Origin: Verrucomicrobiota bacterium
Lineage (GTDB): Bacteria > Verrucomicrobiota > Lentisphaeria > Lentisphaerales > Lentisphaeraceae
Assembly (NCBI GenBank): GCA_039798785.1
Contig: JBDKFG010000005.1
Location: 1-64,000 of the forward strand
Direction: 5' to 3'
Length of the DNA stretch: 64,000 bases
This document shows, in pieces, positions 27,259 through 36,292 of this stretch. Below the pieces are notes generated by a model. It worked only from the letters and a program-made list of their open reading frames with translations. It did not search any database and had not been told where the DNA came from. Position 1 is the stretch's first letter. Every line of letters starts with the position of its first letter. Position numbers and translations under genes: made by a program.

Positions 27259-28545
27259 ATGCGACTTCTCTATTCCCTCATCCTGTTGCTGACAGCCGCC
27301 TCCTGCAAGCCGCCTTCCGCCGCTTTTACTCCGCCCCCGATCCAGGTAGGCCTGCTCGAGCTGCGTCCCGGTGAATACCCCTGGTCGGCGGAATTTCGCG
27401 CCGAAGTCCGGTCGGGCCGCGAGGCGGTGCTGCGTCCCCGGGTTTCAGGACTGATCGTCAAGCGCAGCTATCGCGAAGGGGAGGCGGTTAAGGCCGGTCA
27501 GGTGCTGTTCGAGATTGATCCCCGTCCTTACGCCTTGAAGCTGCAGATCGCCGAAGCGAGGCTGGCGGAAGCGGAGTCGGTCTTGCTTTCCGCCGGCGCC
27601 CGAATTGCCGAAGCCGAGGCCCGCCTCCAGGAGGTCAAGGTCCGCCGCGACGAAGCCGGCCGCGAGGCGCGGCGCCAGGAACAGCTGCTCGCCGCCGAAG
27701 CCTCCAGCCGCCGTGAAGTGGACGCCGCCAAGACCCAGGAGGCCCTTGCCGAAGCGATGAGCGCCACCGCCGAGAGCAGCCTCGGAGCCACCCGCGCCGC
27801 TCAAGCCGCGGCCCGGAACCAGGTGCACAGCGCCAGAAGCGCCGTCGAGCAAGCCAGGCTCGAATTGTCCTGGTGCTCGGTGGCGGCCCCCATAGCGGGC
27901 CTCAGCTCCTTGTCGCGGCTCGAAGAAGGCTCTTTGGTCTCCCCCGAATCCGAGCTGTGCCGGATCAGTGACAACTGGGAAATCCATTGCGGCATCCTCG
28001 TCGCCGAATCCGAATTCCGCGCCCTCAGCGAAAAGCTGGCAGCCAAGACCCTGATCCAGAAAAATCCCGGCAAGCTGCATTTCCAGCTCTTCAGTGCCGC
28101 CGGCGAGATGCTGGTCGATGAAGCCGAGGCCGATGTCAACGACTGGCAGCTCGACCTCAAGTCGCAGACCCGCATCCTCCGTTGCGTCCTGCGTGGCAAT
28201 GCCGGCCGTATCTCCCCCGGCCAGCTGCTCCGCGCCCGGATCAAGGACCTCTCCATTCCGGGCATCCTGGCGGTTCCTCGCCATTGCGTCTTCGACGGGC
28301 CGATGGGCAAATTCGTCTACGTCGCCGCGGCCGGAAAGGATCTTGCCGGCAAGCCGGGATTGATCTCGCAGCCGCGTCCGGTGCAGGTCGGGCGCTGGCT
28401 TGCCGGAGCCCGTGGCGAAGCCTTGTGGGAGATCATCGCCGGAGTCAATGCCGGCGAGCACATCGTCGACAGCGGCTCAGCCAAGCTTCGCCCCATGCCG
28501 ATGGCGGTGATCACTTCGGCTCCGGCTGCCGCAGCGGGAGAATGA
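27259..28545 (+). CDS. RND efflux periplasmic adaptor (MFP) lipoprotein
   Basis: Lipobox-like TAASC, RPRVSGLI...EGEAVKAGQVLFEIDP lipoyl half, long coiled coil, VAAPIAG. Confidence 0.88.
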   Translation: MRLLYSLILLLTAASCKPPSAAFTPPPIQVGLLELRPGEYPWSAEFRAEVRSGREAVLRPRVSGLIVKRSYREGEAVKAGQVLFEIDPRPYALKLQIAEARLAEAESVLLSAGARIAEAEARLQEVKVRRDEAGREARRQEQLLAAEASSRREVDAAKTQEALAEAMSATAESSLGATRAAQAAARNQVHSARSAVEQARLELSWCSVAAPIAGLSSLSRLEEGSLVSPESELCRISDNWEIHCGILVAESEFRALSEKLAAKTLIQKNPGKLHFQLFSAAGEMLVDEAEADVNDWQLDLKSQTRILRCVLRGNAGRISPGQLLRARIKDLSIPGILAVPRHCVFDGPMGKFVYVAAAGKDLAGKPGLISQPRPVQVGRWLAGARGEALWEIIAGVNAGEHIVDSGSAKLRPMPMAVITSAPAAAAGE

Positions 28546-28572
28546 GCCGGAACGGCGAGCTCTGCGGACGAT

Positions 28573-28789
28573 CCTAAAAACCGCAGTAGAGCAGCGGAAC
28601 CGGGTTGAAAGGTTGAAAGGCTGAAACGCAAACAATTGAACCAGAACAATAAGCAATGAATTTATGCTACCAGAAAGACTTGAGGGTCCTGAACTTTGCC
28701 AAGAGCCCTTCGGATATCATAACCTATTGCTGTTGTAGCTAAACCTTACAACCTTTGAACCTTACAACCTTTCAACTGCGGTTTTTAGG
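28573..28789. mobile_element. ~217-bp MITE-like palindromic element, copy 1
   Basis: Perfect 14-bp terminal inverted repeat CCTAAAAACCGCAG / CTGCGGTTTTTAGG, internal GGTTGAAA octamer arrays in inverted orientation, AT-rich core. Homologous segments at 33845, 51035 and 61839. Confidence 0.7.
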
Positions 28790-28793
28790 GTCT

Positions 28794-29843
28794 TCAGACG
28801 TCGAACCTGAGAGGCAGCTGCACCAGGCGGCCCTGGCGCATCGAGCGCAGCACCGCTTCGCTGAATTCCATGTAGCGGTAAGCCTCTTCGAAAGTGGTGA
28901 GTTCGACCTTGCCCTCGCCGCGGATGGCGGCGCAGAACTCCTCTTCGACCCGCCACTCCGAGCGCGGCGTCTTGATCGGCTCGATCACTTGCATCTCCTT
29001 GTCGCCGCGACGCCCGGCGCGCAAGACCGCGGTCTTCAGGTTGAGGTGGATCGTGCCCTGGCTGCCGTGCAGCCAGAACTCCTCGTGGTCTTCGGAAAAG
29101 CCGGCGACGGTGGAGAAATGCAGGCTGGCCTGGGCTCCGCAGAACATGTCGGCGATGATGTCGAGATGCTCGGGGACTTCGACGGCGAGATTCCGTCCCT
29201 CCCAGGATTTAAATTGGCTGAAGGTGCGGCCGCGGGCGATCACTGCCGAGGCGTGGCCGATCCAGCGCGCCAGGGATTCGTAGATGATCCCCATCACCAA
29301 GGTGTTGCAGCCGGAGATCTGGCCGTTCTCGCGGAAGCTCATCGGCTTTTCCGCATCGTGGAAATGGGCGAACTGGTAGCGGGCCTCCACCGTCAGAAGC
29401 TGCCCAAGGTAGCCTTCCTCGATCAGTTTCTGGATGCTCTCGTCGAAGGCGAGGGTGAAGGGCGCCGGGACGATCTGGGCGACGAGATGGGGATTGCGCC
29501 GGTGCGCCTCCAGCATGTTCAGGGCCTCGCGGCTGTCGCGGGCCATGCGCGCCTCGCAAAGCACGTGCTTGCCGTGATTCAGGGCCGCGACGGTGAGCCG
29601 CTCGTGCATGTCCGGCCAGGTGCCGATGACCACAGCGTCGATCTCGGGATCCTCCACCACCTCGCGCCAGTCGGTGGTCCAGCGGGCGATGCCGAAGTCC
29701 GCCGCCGCCCGGCGCGAACTCTCCTCGCTGCGGTTGCAGACCTTGCGCAGCTCGACGCCTTTAATCTTCTGCAGCAGGCGCACATGCTTGTCGCGGGTGT
29801 TCTTGCCGCAGCCGATGATGCCGATCCGGATGATCTTCTTCAT
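28794..29843 (-). CDS. Gfo/Idh/MocA family oxidoreductase
   Basis: IRIGIIGCG, DPEIDAVVIGT, GKHVLCE. The real start is MKKII at 29843. Confidence 0.9.
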   Translation of the reverse strand: MKKIIRIGIIGCGKNTRDKHVRLLQKIKGVELRKVCNRSEESSRRAAADFGIARWTTDWREVVEDPEIDAVVIGTWPDMHERLTVAALNHGKHVLCEARMARDSREALNMLEAHRRNPHLVAQIVPAPFTLAFDESIQKLIEEGYLGQLLTVEARYQFAHFHDAEKPMSFRENGQISGCNTLVMGIIYESLARWIGHASAVIARGRTFSQFKSWEGRNLAVEVPEHLDIIADMFCGAQASLHFSTVAGFSEDHEEFWLHGSQGTIHLNLKTAVLRAGRRGDKEMQVIEPIKTPRSEWRVEEEFCAAIRGEGKVELTTFEEAYRYMEFSEAVLRSMRQGRLVQLPLRFDV

Positions 29844-29911
29844 GCCAGTCTCCAAGAAGTTGTTGATGCCGATGCCATTATCACCGGATTTCGAGTGGAT
29901 TTCAAGCCCGT

Positions 29912-30172
29912 TCAGGCCATCACCGTCAGATCCGAGGCCGGCACGCAGGAGCAGATCAGGGCCTGCCCGGCCGCCAGCTTCGGGGCGTTGTAGAAATAAC
30001 GAACCTCGCCCTGCACCGCCGTCTTGCAGGCACCGCAATAGCCGGAACGACAGCCGGCACGGAGATTCAGGCCGGCCTGCTCGGCAAGCTCCAGGATCGA
30101 AAGCTGGGCGTGCAGGACGGGATCCCAGGCGACGCTGACGCCGCTGCGCTGGAAATGGACTTGAAAGGACAT
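29912..30172 (-). CDS. 2Fe-2S ferredoxin-domain protein
   Basis: GCRSGYCGAC ... LICSCVPASDL. Confidence 0.9.
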   Translation of the reverse strand: MSFQVHFQRSGVSVAWDPVLHAQLSILELAEQAGLNLRAGCRSGYCGACKTAVQGEVRYFYNAPKLAAGQALICSCVPASDLTVMA

Positions 30173-30242
30173 CGGGACTCCTGTGATTGGCGGCAGTGAA
30201 AATTGAGTTGCGATTCGAAAGGGCCGCTAAGCAGCCGCAGGC

Positions 30243-30271
30243 AAAAACGCCTCGGCTTGAGGCCGAGGCGT
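30243..30271 (-). terminator. Rho-independent terminator of the BI-1 gene
   Basis: 10-bp stem ACGCCTCGGC/GCCGAGGCGT followed by a T run on the minus strand. Confidence 0.75.
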
Positions 30272-30291
30272 CTAGGCAAAGCCGTTTGAAC

Positions 30292-31008
30292 TTATTCGTC
30301 GCGGCTGGTGAAAAGGCGCAGGACGTAGTAGAAGAGCAGCATGACGCTGGAGAAGAGCTCAAGCGAGGCGCCGACGTAGTTCTCGGTCGAGTAGTGATGC
30401 AGGATGTTCGAGGTGGTGTAGAGGATCATCCCGGCGGCGAACATGATCATCAAGGCGGAGAACCACAGGCCGAGCTGGAAGCCGAAGATCATGCCGCAAA
30501 TGACGGTGCCGAGGGCGATGAAGCCGAAGATCATCAGGCCGGTGCGCATGAAGGAGAAGTCCTTGCGGGTGGTGAAGACCACGGCGCTGAGGGCGGCGAC
30601 CAGAACCAGGGTGATGACGCCGGCCTTGGCGATGACGCCGTCCTTGCAGAAGTTGGCGGCGAACCAGAGGATGGGAATGAAGGTCAAGACTTCGATGCCT
30701 GTGTAGAGGCCGAGGCCGGCGTATTGGGTGGCGCGGTTCTGGCTCGCGGCCATGGTCTGGGAAACCCAGCTGCCGGCAATCACCAGGCCAAGCATGACGA
30801 ACATCATGATCTTGCTGGAGCCGCGAAGGCTTTCCATCAGGTTGTTGGCCATGCCGCTGTAAAAGATCGCGGCTTCGGCAACGGCGAAGACGGCGATGGC
30901 GCCGGCAAGGTGCATGTAGGTCTTGCGGATGAAGGTGGCGCGAGCTTCCGGCAAGGCTTCCGCCACCGGGGAGTTGAGGCCCATGTCGTCGTAGTAGCCG
31001 TTTCTCAT
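30292..31008 (-). CDS. Bax inhibitor-1/YccA family membrane protein
   Basis: RATFIRKTYMHL, TRKDFSFM, ILYTTSNI, ASLELF. Seven-TM pattern. Confidence 0.92.
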   Translation of the reverse strand: MRNGYYDDMGLNSPVAEALPEARATFIRKTYMHLAGAIAVFAVAEAAIFYSGMANNLMESLRGSSKIMMFVMLGLVIAGSWVSQTMAASQNRATQYAGLGLYTGIEVLTFIPILWFAANFCKDGVIAKAGVITLVLVAALSAVVFTTRKDFSFMRTGLMIFGFIALGTVICGMIFGFQLGLWFSALMIMFAAGMILYTTSNILHHYSTENYVGASLELFSSVMLLFYYVLRLFTSRDE

Positions 31009-31182
31009 TTATCTCTCCTGAATTCTGGTTTTAAGAACGAGCAGCCGGTTTCAATCTAAGACCGGAAAGCTCGGGATGGCAAGTGCAATTCCAGCTAATT
31101 TCCGGCGCCAAGGGCAAAATCCGCGATTTTCCGCAGCCTTGAGCTACATTCCCGGCGCTCAGAAACAACAAGGAATTCTCCC

Positions 31183-32493
31183 ATGGCCATCTGGTCCGCC
31201 AACCCCGCCGCCGACAAGTTCAACTCGCGCCTCCACGAGATCTGCTTCAAGACCAACCTCGACTACGACAACGCGCTGCTGCCCTACGACATCGTCGGCC
31301 TCAAGGCGCACGGCCGCATGCTCACCCAGACCGGCCTGATCCCCAAGGACGACGGCGCCAAGATCGACGCCGAGCTCGCCAAGATGCTCGAAGAAGCCCG
31401 TGCCGGCCAGCTCAAGATGAGCCCGGAGTGGGAGGACTGCCATTCCCTCATCGAATCGACCCTGATCGAGCGCATCGGCGACGCCGGCAAGCGTCTCTAC
31501 ATGGCCCGCTCGCGCAATGACCAGGTGGTCTCCGCCACCCGCCTCTACACCCTCGACCGCCTGACCGGCATCGAAGAGCTGTATCTGGCCCTTTGCCAGG
31601 AACTGCTCGAGTTCGCCCGCCGCCACGCCACGGTGCCGATGCCCGGCTACACCCACACCCAGCGCGCCATGCCCGCCACCGCCGGCATGTGGGCCGCCGC
31701 CTACCTCGAGATCCTCCTCGCCCAAGCTCCCGTCCTGCGCAACGCCCGCTCGCTCTCCAGCGTCAACGCCCTCGGCTCCGCCGCCGGCTACGGCACCGCC
31801 TTCCCCATCGACCGCGACGCCGTCACCCGCGAACTCGGCGTCGAACGCACCCTCGTCGTCTCCCTCGCCGCCCAGATCTCCCGCGGCCAGGTCGAAGCCC
31901 AGACCCTGCACGCCCTCTGGGGCATCATGCTCTGCATCAACCGCATCTCCACCGACCTGGTCTGGCTGACCTCGGCCGAGTTCGACTTCTTCGACGTCGC
32001 CAAGTCCTGCACCACCGGCTCGTCGATCATGCCCAACAAGAAGAACCTCGACCCCTGCGAGATCCTCCGCGCCCGCTACCACGTCTTCTGCGGCTACCAG
32101 CGCCAGGTCGAAGGCGCCATCTCGTCGCTGCTCTACGGCTACAACTCCGACTACCAGGAGACCAAGGGCCCCTTCCTCGAAGGCATGCGCCTCTGCGCCG
32201 AGTCGATCGAAGCCATCGGCATCGTCCTCGCCCACACCTCGCCCAAGGAAGCCAAGATGCGCGCCGCCTTCTCGCCCGACATCTTCGCCACCGACCTGAC
32301 CAACCGCTACGTCATGGAAGGCGCCACCTTCCGCGACGCCTACATCCAGGTCAAAAAGGCGCTCGAAACGGTCGAAGCCGAAGACCCTGCGACCAACATC
32401 CGCTCCAAAACCCACCTCGGCGCCCCCGGCAACATCGGCGTCGAAGTGCTGGCGAAACGCCTCGAAGAGGCGAAGAAGCTGCTGAAGGGGTGA
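31183..32493 (+). CDS. argH: Argininosuccinate lyase
   Basis: ARSRNDQV, MPGYTHTQRAMP and TGSSIMPNKKN signature. Confidence 0.96.
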   Translation: MAIWSANPAADKFNSRLHEICFKTNLDYDNALLPYDIVGLKAHGRMLTQTGLIPKDDGAKIDAELAKMLEEARAGQLKMSPEWEDCHSLIESTLIERIGDAGKRLYMARSRNDQVVSATRLYTLDRLTGIEELYLALCQELLEFARRHATVPMPGYTHTQRAMPATAGMWAAAYLEILLAQAPVLRNARSLSSVNALGSAAGYGTAFPIDRDAVTRELGVERTLVVSLAAQISRGQVEAQTLHALWGIMLCINRISTDLVWLTSAEFDFFDVAKSCTTGSSIMPNKKNLDPCEILRARYHVFCGYQRQVEGAISSLLYGYNSDYQETKGPFLEGMRLCAESIEAIGIVLAHTSPKEAKMRAAFSPDIFATDLTNRYVMEGATFRDAYIQVKKALETVEAEDPATNIRSKTHLGAPGNIGVEVLAKRLEEAKKLLKG

Positions 32494-32504
32494 AGGCTGA
32501 GTAA

Positions 32505-32548
32505 TCGACTTCCATCGACGGCACTCGACTGCTGTCGATGGAAGTCGA
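32505..32548. repeat. Strong hairpin with 10-nt periodic TCGAC units after argH
   Basis: TCGACTTCCATCGAC (32505-32519) pairs perfectly with GTCGATGGAAGTCGA (32534-32548). No poly-U tail. Confidence 0.75.
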
Positions 32549-32565
32549 CAGAAGGAATCTCAAGC

Positions 32566-33075
32566 ATGAATTTCGCCATCAAAGAGACCGCTGAACTCCT
32601 CCGTCTGAAGCTCTTGCTAGGCTTGGTGACTGTCCAGGATGTCGTCACTTGGGCCGATAGCATCATCGAATCTGAGGCGACCCCAGATTGGGAGATCATT
32701 GAGGTGTCTTTGGCTCGAACGGTCAAAGTTGACGAGATGATGAAATTGCTTACCGATATCAAGGGAAACTGTGTCCGTGCTCAAGTTTTCCGGCGGCTTT
32801 TCCAGACCTGGCTGATCGGATTGAGCGAGGATACCTTGCAAGGCAAAACGATAGCTCGTCAGCTTTACATGCTTGCAGACGAGCTTAAGGAATGTGGATT
32901 CGGCTCCGCTGCCTACGCCCTGGATGACGCCTTTGATCTGATCGAATTCGGGTATTGCACCCACGAGCAAGCGCTGCAACAGTTGCAGGGGTATCTCCAA
33001 GAGTTTGCAGAAAGCGAGATTTCGGATCCCGCGGCGCACCCGATTCACCCAGAGCTTAAAAGAGCTCCTCCATGA
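32566..33075 (+). CDS. Hypothetical protein (lower GC)
   Basis: 169-aa ORF with AAGGA upstream. Helical, with a VVTWADSII motif. Confidence 0.7.
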   Translation: MNFAIKETAELLRLKLLLGLVTVQDVVTWADSIIESEATPDWEIIEVSLARTVKVDEMMKLLTDIKGNCVRAQVFRRLFQTWLIGLSEDTLQGKTIARQLYMLADELKECGFGSAAYALDDAFDLIEFGYCTHEQALQQLQGYLQEFAESEISDPAAHPIHPELKRAPP

Positions 33076-33211
33076 CTGACTCCCTCAATCCCCCCTCCGG
33101 CTCGATCATGCTCTACAGTCCTGGTTAGGTGATGTGCAGCTCCTCCCTGAGTTGTTGCCAAAATGGAAAGAGCTCCTGACAACCCTTGAAACCCCGAGGA
33201 AATCCCCCGGC

Positions 33212-33634
33212 ATGACTGAAGCCTCAAACCCCTGCCGCTGCAAGGAGTGCCAAGTTGAGATCATGGCCTTGACCTTCAAGGCCAACAAGGGCTTTTGCCG
33301 GAAGTGTCGCAGTGACAATAAAGATGATGAAGATGACGGTTGGGATCAAGCGGCAGATTGGCTCGAGACCCTCAAGCTCATCGGCTGGGGGATTGGCGGC
33401 GCCTGGCTGGGATGGAAGCTGCTGGGATCGATCCATTGGCTCCTCGGACTGATCGCCATTCCCTGTGGTTTTGTCACGGCGATCGGATTGGTCATCCTCG
33501 TCGATATCATTCTACTTTTCACCTGCGGGATCTTCGGCCTTGGCGGTCTCTGGCTGGTGATCCTCATCGGTTCCTGGGTGATGGAGAAGTTCCGCCGTCC
33601 CGATCCGCAAGCGGGGAAAGCGAGGAAGAGTTAA
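33212..33634 (+). CDS. Hypothetical membrane protein with an N-terminal CxxC...CxxC zinc ribbon
   Basis: CKEC...CRKC, an acidic stretch, then hydrophobic helices. GAGGA upstream. Confidence 0.65.
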   Translation: MTEASNPCRCKECQVEIMALTFKANKGFCRKCRSDNKDDEDDGWDQAADWLETLKLIGWGIGGAWLGWKLLGSIHWLLGLIAIPCGFVTAIGLVILVDIILLFTCGIFGLGGLWLVILIGSWVMEKFRRPDPQAGKARKS

Positions 33635-33698
33635 GCCTCCGCTCGGGATGTGGGTTGGCAACTCAGCAGACGATGGTGCGGAAAGGCGGCAAAACAAA

Positions 33699-33764
33699 GC
33701 CGGCGGTCGCGGCGCTCCCAGGGATGCCGGAACACCGCGAATGTGGACATTCGCGCTCCCAGGG
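33699..33764. repeat. Two REP-like hairpin-GCGCTCCCAGGG units
   Basis: GCGCTCCCAGGGA occurs twice. The second is preceded by the perfect hairpin CGCGAATGT-GG-ACATTCGCG. Same family as 35713, 35777 and 37014. Confidence 0.65.
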
Positions 33765-33844
33765 ATTACGAATGCCGCAGGGCCGCGTCATCCCAAAAAA
33801 TCGCCCTCGTTGTTCATCTGTGAAATCTGCGTCATCTGTGGATG

Positions 33845-33891
33845 AACCTAAAAACCGCAGCAGAGCAGTGGAACCGGGTTGAAAGGTTCAA
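33845..33891 (+). mobile_element. Left-end half copy of the MITE-like element
   Basis: AACCTAAAAACCGCAGCAGAGCAGTGGAACCGGGTTGAAAGGTT is nearly identical to 28573-28614 and abuts the maiA stop. Confidence 0.7.
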
Positions 33892-34539
33892 TCACTCCGC
33901 GTCGCCCTGCTTCCCCGGTGCGGTGTCCACAAAGGCGGGCAAAGCCAGGCAGGCCTGCTCGGCGGCGACGAGGCGCGGATAGGCTTCGAGGGGAAAGGCG
34001 AAGCGGCGGGCGTTGAAGAGCTGCGGCACGAGGCAGATCTCGGCCAGGCCGGGACGGTCGCCGAAGAGGAAGGGGCCTGGGCCGCCTTCTCGCTTGGCCA
34101 GCTCTTCGAGGGCGGCGAAATTCTCCTCGAACCAGAAATGCATCCAGGCTTTCTTCTGCGCTTCGTCGGCGCCGAATTGCTGGGTCAGTCTTTGCAGGGT
34201 GCGCAAATTGTTGATCGGGTGGATCTCGCAGGCGATCGCCAGGGCGAAGGCGCGGCAATGGGCGCGCGCCACCGGATCGAGCGGCAGGAAGCTCGGGCTC
34301 GGATGGGTCTCCTCGAGATACTCGAGAATCGCCAGCGATTGGGTCAAAACCTGAGCGTCATCAAGCACCAGAGCCGGGACGATCTTCTGCGGGTTGAGCG
34401 CCGCATATTCCGGCTTGCGCTGCTGCCCGCCGTCCTTGAGCAGATGGACGAAGTGCGGGGTGGCGGCGAGGCCTTTGATCGCCAAACCGATGCGGACGCG
34501 CCAGGCGCAGGAGGAGCGGAAGTAGGTGTAGAGGTGCAT
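33892..34539 (-). CDS. maiA: Maleylacetoacetate isomerase (GST zeta)
   Basis: YFRSSCAWRVRI, LTQSLAILEYLEE, CEIHPINNLR, CLVPQLFNARRF. Confidence 0.95.
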   Translation of the reverse strand: MHLYTYFRSSCAWRVRIGLAIKGLAATPHFVHLLKDGGQQRKPEYAALNPQKIVPALVLDDAQVLTQSLAILEYLEETHPSPSFLPLDPVARAHCRAFALAIACEIHPINNLRTLQRLTQQFGADEAQKKAWMHFWFEENFAALEELAKREGGPGPFLFGDRPGLAEICLVPQLFNARRFAFPLEAYPRLVAAEQACLALPAFVDTAPGKQGDAE

Positions 34540-34549
34540 GAGGGCGCCA

Positions 34550-34676
34550 AGTTTAAAGTTTAAGGTTTAAAGTTTAAGAGTTGGAGGTGCTCAGCTGCAG
34601 CTTGATCCCGAAGGGAGGGCGCTTCCCCAGTTGTGTCCCAGTCGTGTCCCAACTGTGACTCAGTCGTGTCTCAGTT
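34550..34676. repeat. Heptamer array (RGTTTAA)x4 plus an 11-nt tandem repeat (CYCAGTYGTGT-like) x~4.5
   Basis: AGTTTAA AGTTTAA GGTTTAA AGTTTAA at 34550-34577. CCCAGTTGTGT CCCAGTCGTGT CCCAACTGTGA CTCAGTCGTGT at 34626-34669. Confidence 0.8.
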
Positions 34677-35655
34677 AAGTTGCGATTTGCTCCACTTTCT
34701 GCTCGATGGTGCCGAAGGGCAGCGAGCCGTCGGGCAGGGCCATGCTGATGCGGACGCTTTCGCCGAACTGCAGGAAGGGGGTGCTCGGTTTGCCGGAGGC
34801 GATGGTCTCGCGGCAGCGCTTTTCGGCGATGCAGGAGCTGCCCTTGGCTTCGTCGCGGTTGGCGACGGTGCCGGAACCGATGACGCTGCCGGCCTCAAGG
34901 TTGCGGGTTTTTGCGGCGTGCGCGATGAGCTGCGGGAAGCTGAAGATCATGTCAGGGCCGGCGTCGGGGCAGCCGAAGAGTTCGCCGTTGCGCCAGGTGG
35001 AGAGCGGCAGGTGCAGGCGTCCCTCGCGCCAGTGCGAGCCGAGTTCGTCGGGGGTGCAGAGCACCGGGCTCATCGTCGAGGCCGGTTTCGACTGGAAGAA
35101 ACCGAAGCCCTTGGCGAGTTCATCGGGGATGAGGTTGCGCAGCGACACGTCGTTGACCAGGCCGATGAGGGCGATGCTCGACGCCGCTTCCTCGGGCGTG
35201 GCGCCCTGCTTGACGTCGCTGGTGAGGACGCAGATCTCCGATTCGAAGTCGATGCCCCAGGCCGCGTCGCGCAGGCGGATGGGTTCGTGCGCAGCCATGA
35301 ATTCGTTGCCGCCCTGGTACATCAGCGGATCGGTCCAGAAGCTCGGCGGCAGCTCGGCGCCGCGGGCCTTGCGCACCAGTTCGACATGGACGACGTAAGC
35401 CGAGCCATCGCACCAGTTGTAAGCGCGGGGAAGCGGTGCGTCGAGGAGGTTTTGATCGAGCTCGAAGGCGCCGGGTGCCTCGCCCTTCTCGAGCTTGTCG
35501 GCAAGCTGGCGCAGACGCGGCTCAACCGCTTTCCAGTCGTCGAGCGCCGCTTGCAGGGTGGGAGCGATGGACGCCGCGCCGACAGCGCGCTTCAGGTCGC
35601 GGGAGACGACGATCAGCTGGCCGTCGCGGTGGTGTTTGAGGGAGGCGAGTTTCAT
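34675..35655 (-). CDS. Fumarylacetoacetate hydrolase family protein
   Basis: MKLASLK...RDGQLIVVSRDL, DPLMYQGG, DFESE, LVNDVSLRNLIP, FFQSKP. Located between hmgA and maiA. Confidence 0.93.
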   Translation of the reverse strand: MKLASLKHHRDGQLIVVSRDLKRAVGAASIAPTLQAALDDWKAVEPRLRQLADKLEKGEAPGAFELDQNLLDAPLPRAYNWCDGSAYVVHVELVRKARGAELPPSFWTDPLMYQGGNEFMAAHEPIRLRDAAWGIDFESEICVLTSDVKQGATPEEAASSIALIGLVNDVSLRNLIPDELAKGFGFFQSKPASTMSPVLCTPDELGSHWREGRLHLPLSTWRNGELFGCPDAGPDMIFSFPQLIAHAAKTRNLEAGSVIGSGTVANRDEAKGSSCIAEKRCRETIASGKPSTPFLQFGESVRISMALPDGSLPFGTIEQKVEQIAT

Positions 35656-35686
35656 TTTTTGGGGAACCGGGTTGCGGGGTTTGGAG

Positions 35687-36292
35687 TTAGAAGTTGGAAG
35701 TTGGGGAGTGTGAACCTGGGAGCGCCGGCTGCCAGCCGGTCTTGCGTGGCTCGAGCTTCCAGCTCGAGTTTCGTTCCCCTGGGAGCCCCGGCGTCCCGCC
35801 GGGTAAGTCAAGAAAATTCATCACTTCTTGGGGGGATTGCAATTGGAACTTCCGTCCGGAAAAGTCATTAAAAATCGCCTGATGGCCGTGATGGGAGAGT
35901 GAATCGGAGCGATCCCAGTAGCTTGATGCCCAATGGATCAATTTCATTAAGCCCTCTGTTGATTGCGTACGTCCGAGGTGGGTCTGCCCAGCTGCGCGTT
36001 TTTCTAGTCTTTCTTTGCAGAGCGCCCAGGGCATATCCAGCCAAATCAAGGTTTCCGCTTGGTCGAAGTAACGTTTGGCGAGATCGCCATAAACGCCTTC
36101 ACAAATCCAGGAGTCACGGCTTTTACTGGTGGCAATCATGTGATCGACTTCGTCTGAACTCCTTTTCGTCTCGAAGCTGCCGGGGAGCCAGAAGATGTCA
36201 TCCAAATGAATCACGTCGGCGGCGGACGCTACCAGGCCTTGTGCTAGCCAGGTTTTGCCGCTTCCGGAGTTGCCGATGATGATGGTTTTCAT
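35687..36292 (-). CDS. P-loop kinase (adenylate kinase/FlaR-like), C-terminus runs into a repeat
   Basis: IIIGNSGSGKT, HLDDIFWLPG, WICEGVYG. Lower GC. The last ~40 codons are repeat-derived. Confidence 0.8.
   Translation of the reverse strand: MKTIIIGNSGSGKTWLAQGLVASAADVIHLDDIFWLPGSFETKRSSDEVDHMIATSKSRDSWICEGVYGDLAKRYFDQAETLIWLDMPWALCKERLEKRAAGQTHLGRTQSTEGLMKLIHWASSYWDRSDSLSHHGHQAIFNDFSGRKFQLQSPQEVMNFLDLPGGTPGLPGERNSSWKLEPRKTGWQPALPGSHSPTSNF
35713..35804 (+). repeat. Two REP-like CCTGGGAGC-hairpin units
   Basis: CCTGGGAGCG-CCGGCT-GCC-AGCCGG and CCCTGGGAGCC-CCGGCG-TCC-CGCCGG. Confidence 0.75.

Noticed and set aside
28794..30362. 522-aa ORF suggesting an N-terminally extended oxidoreductase
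   Set aside because: The extension overlaps the ferredoxin gene in another frame and a terminator. The Rossmann motif starts at 29843.
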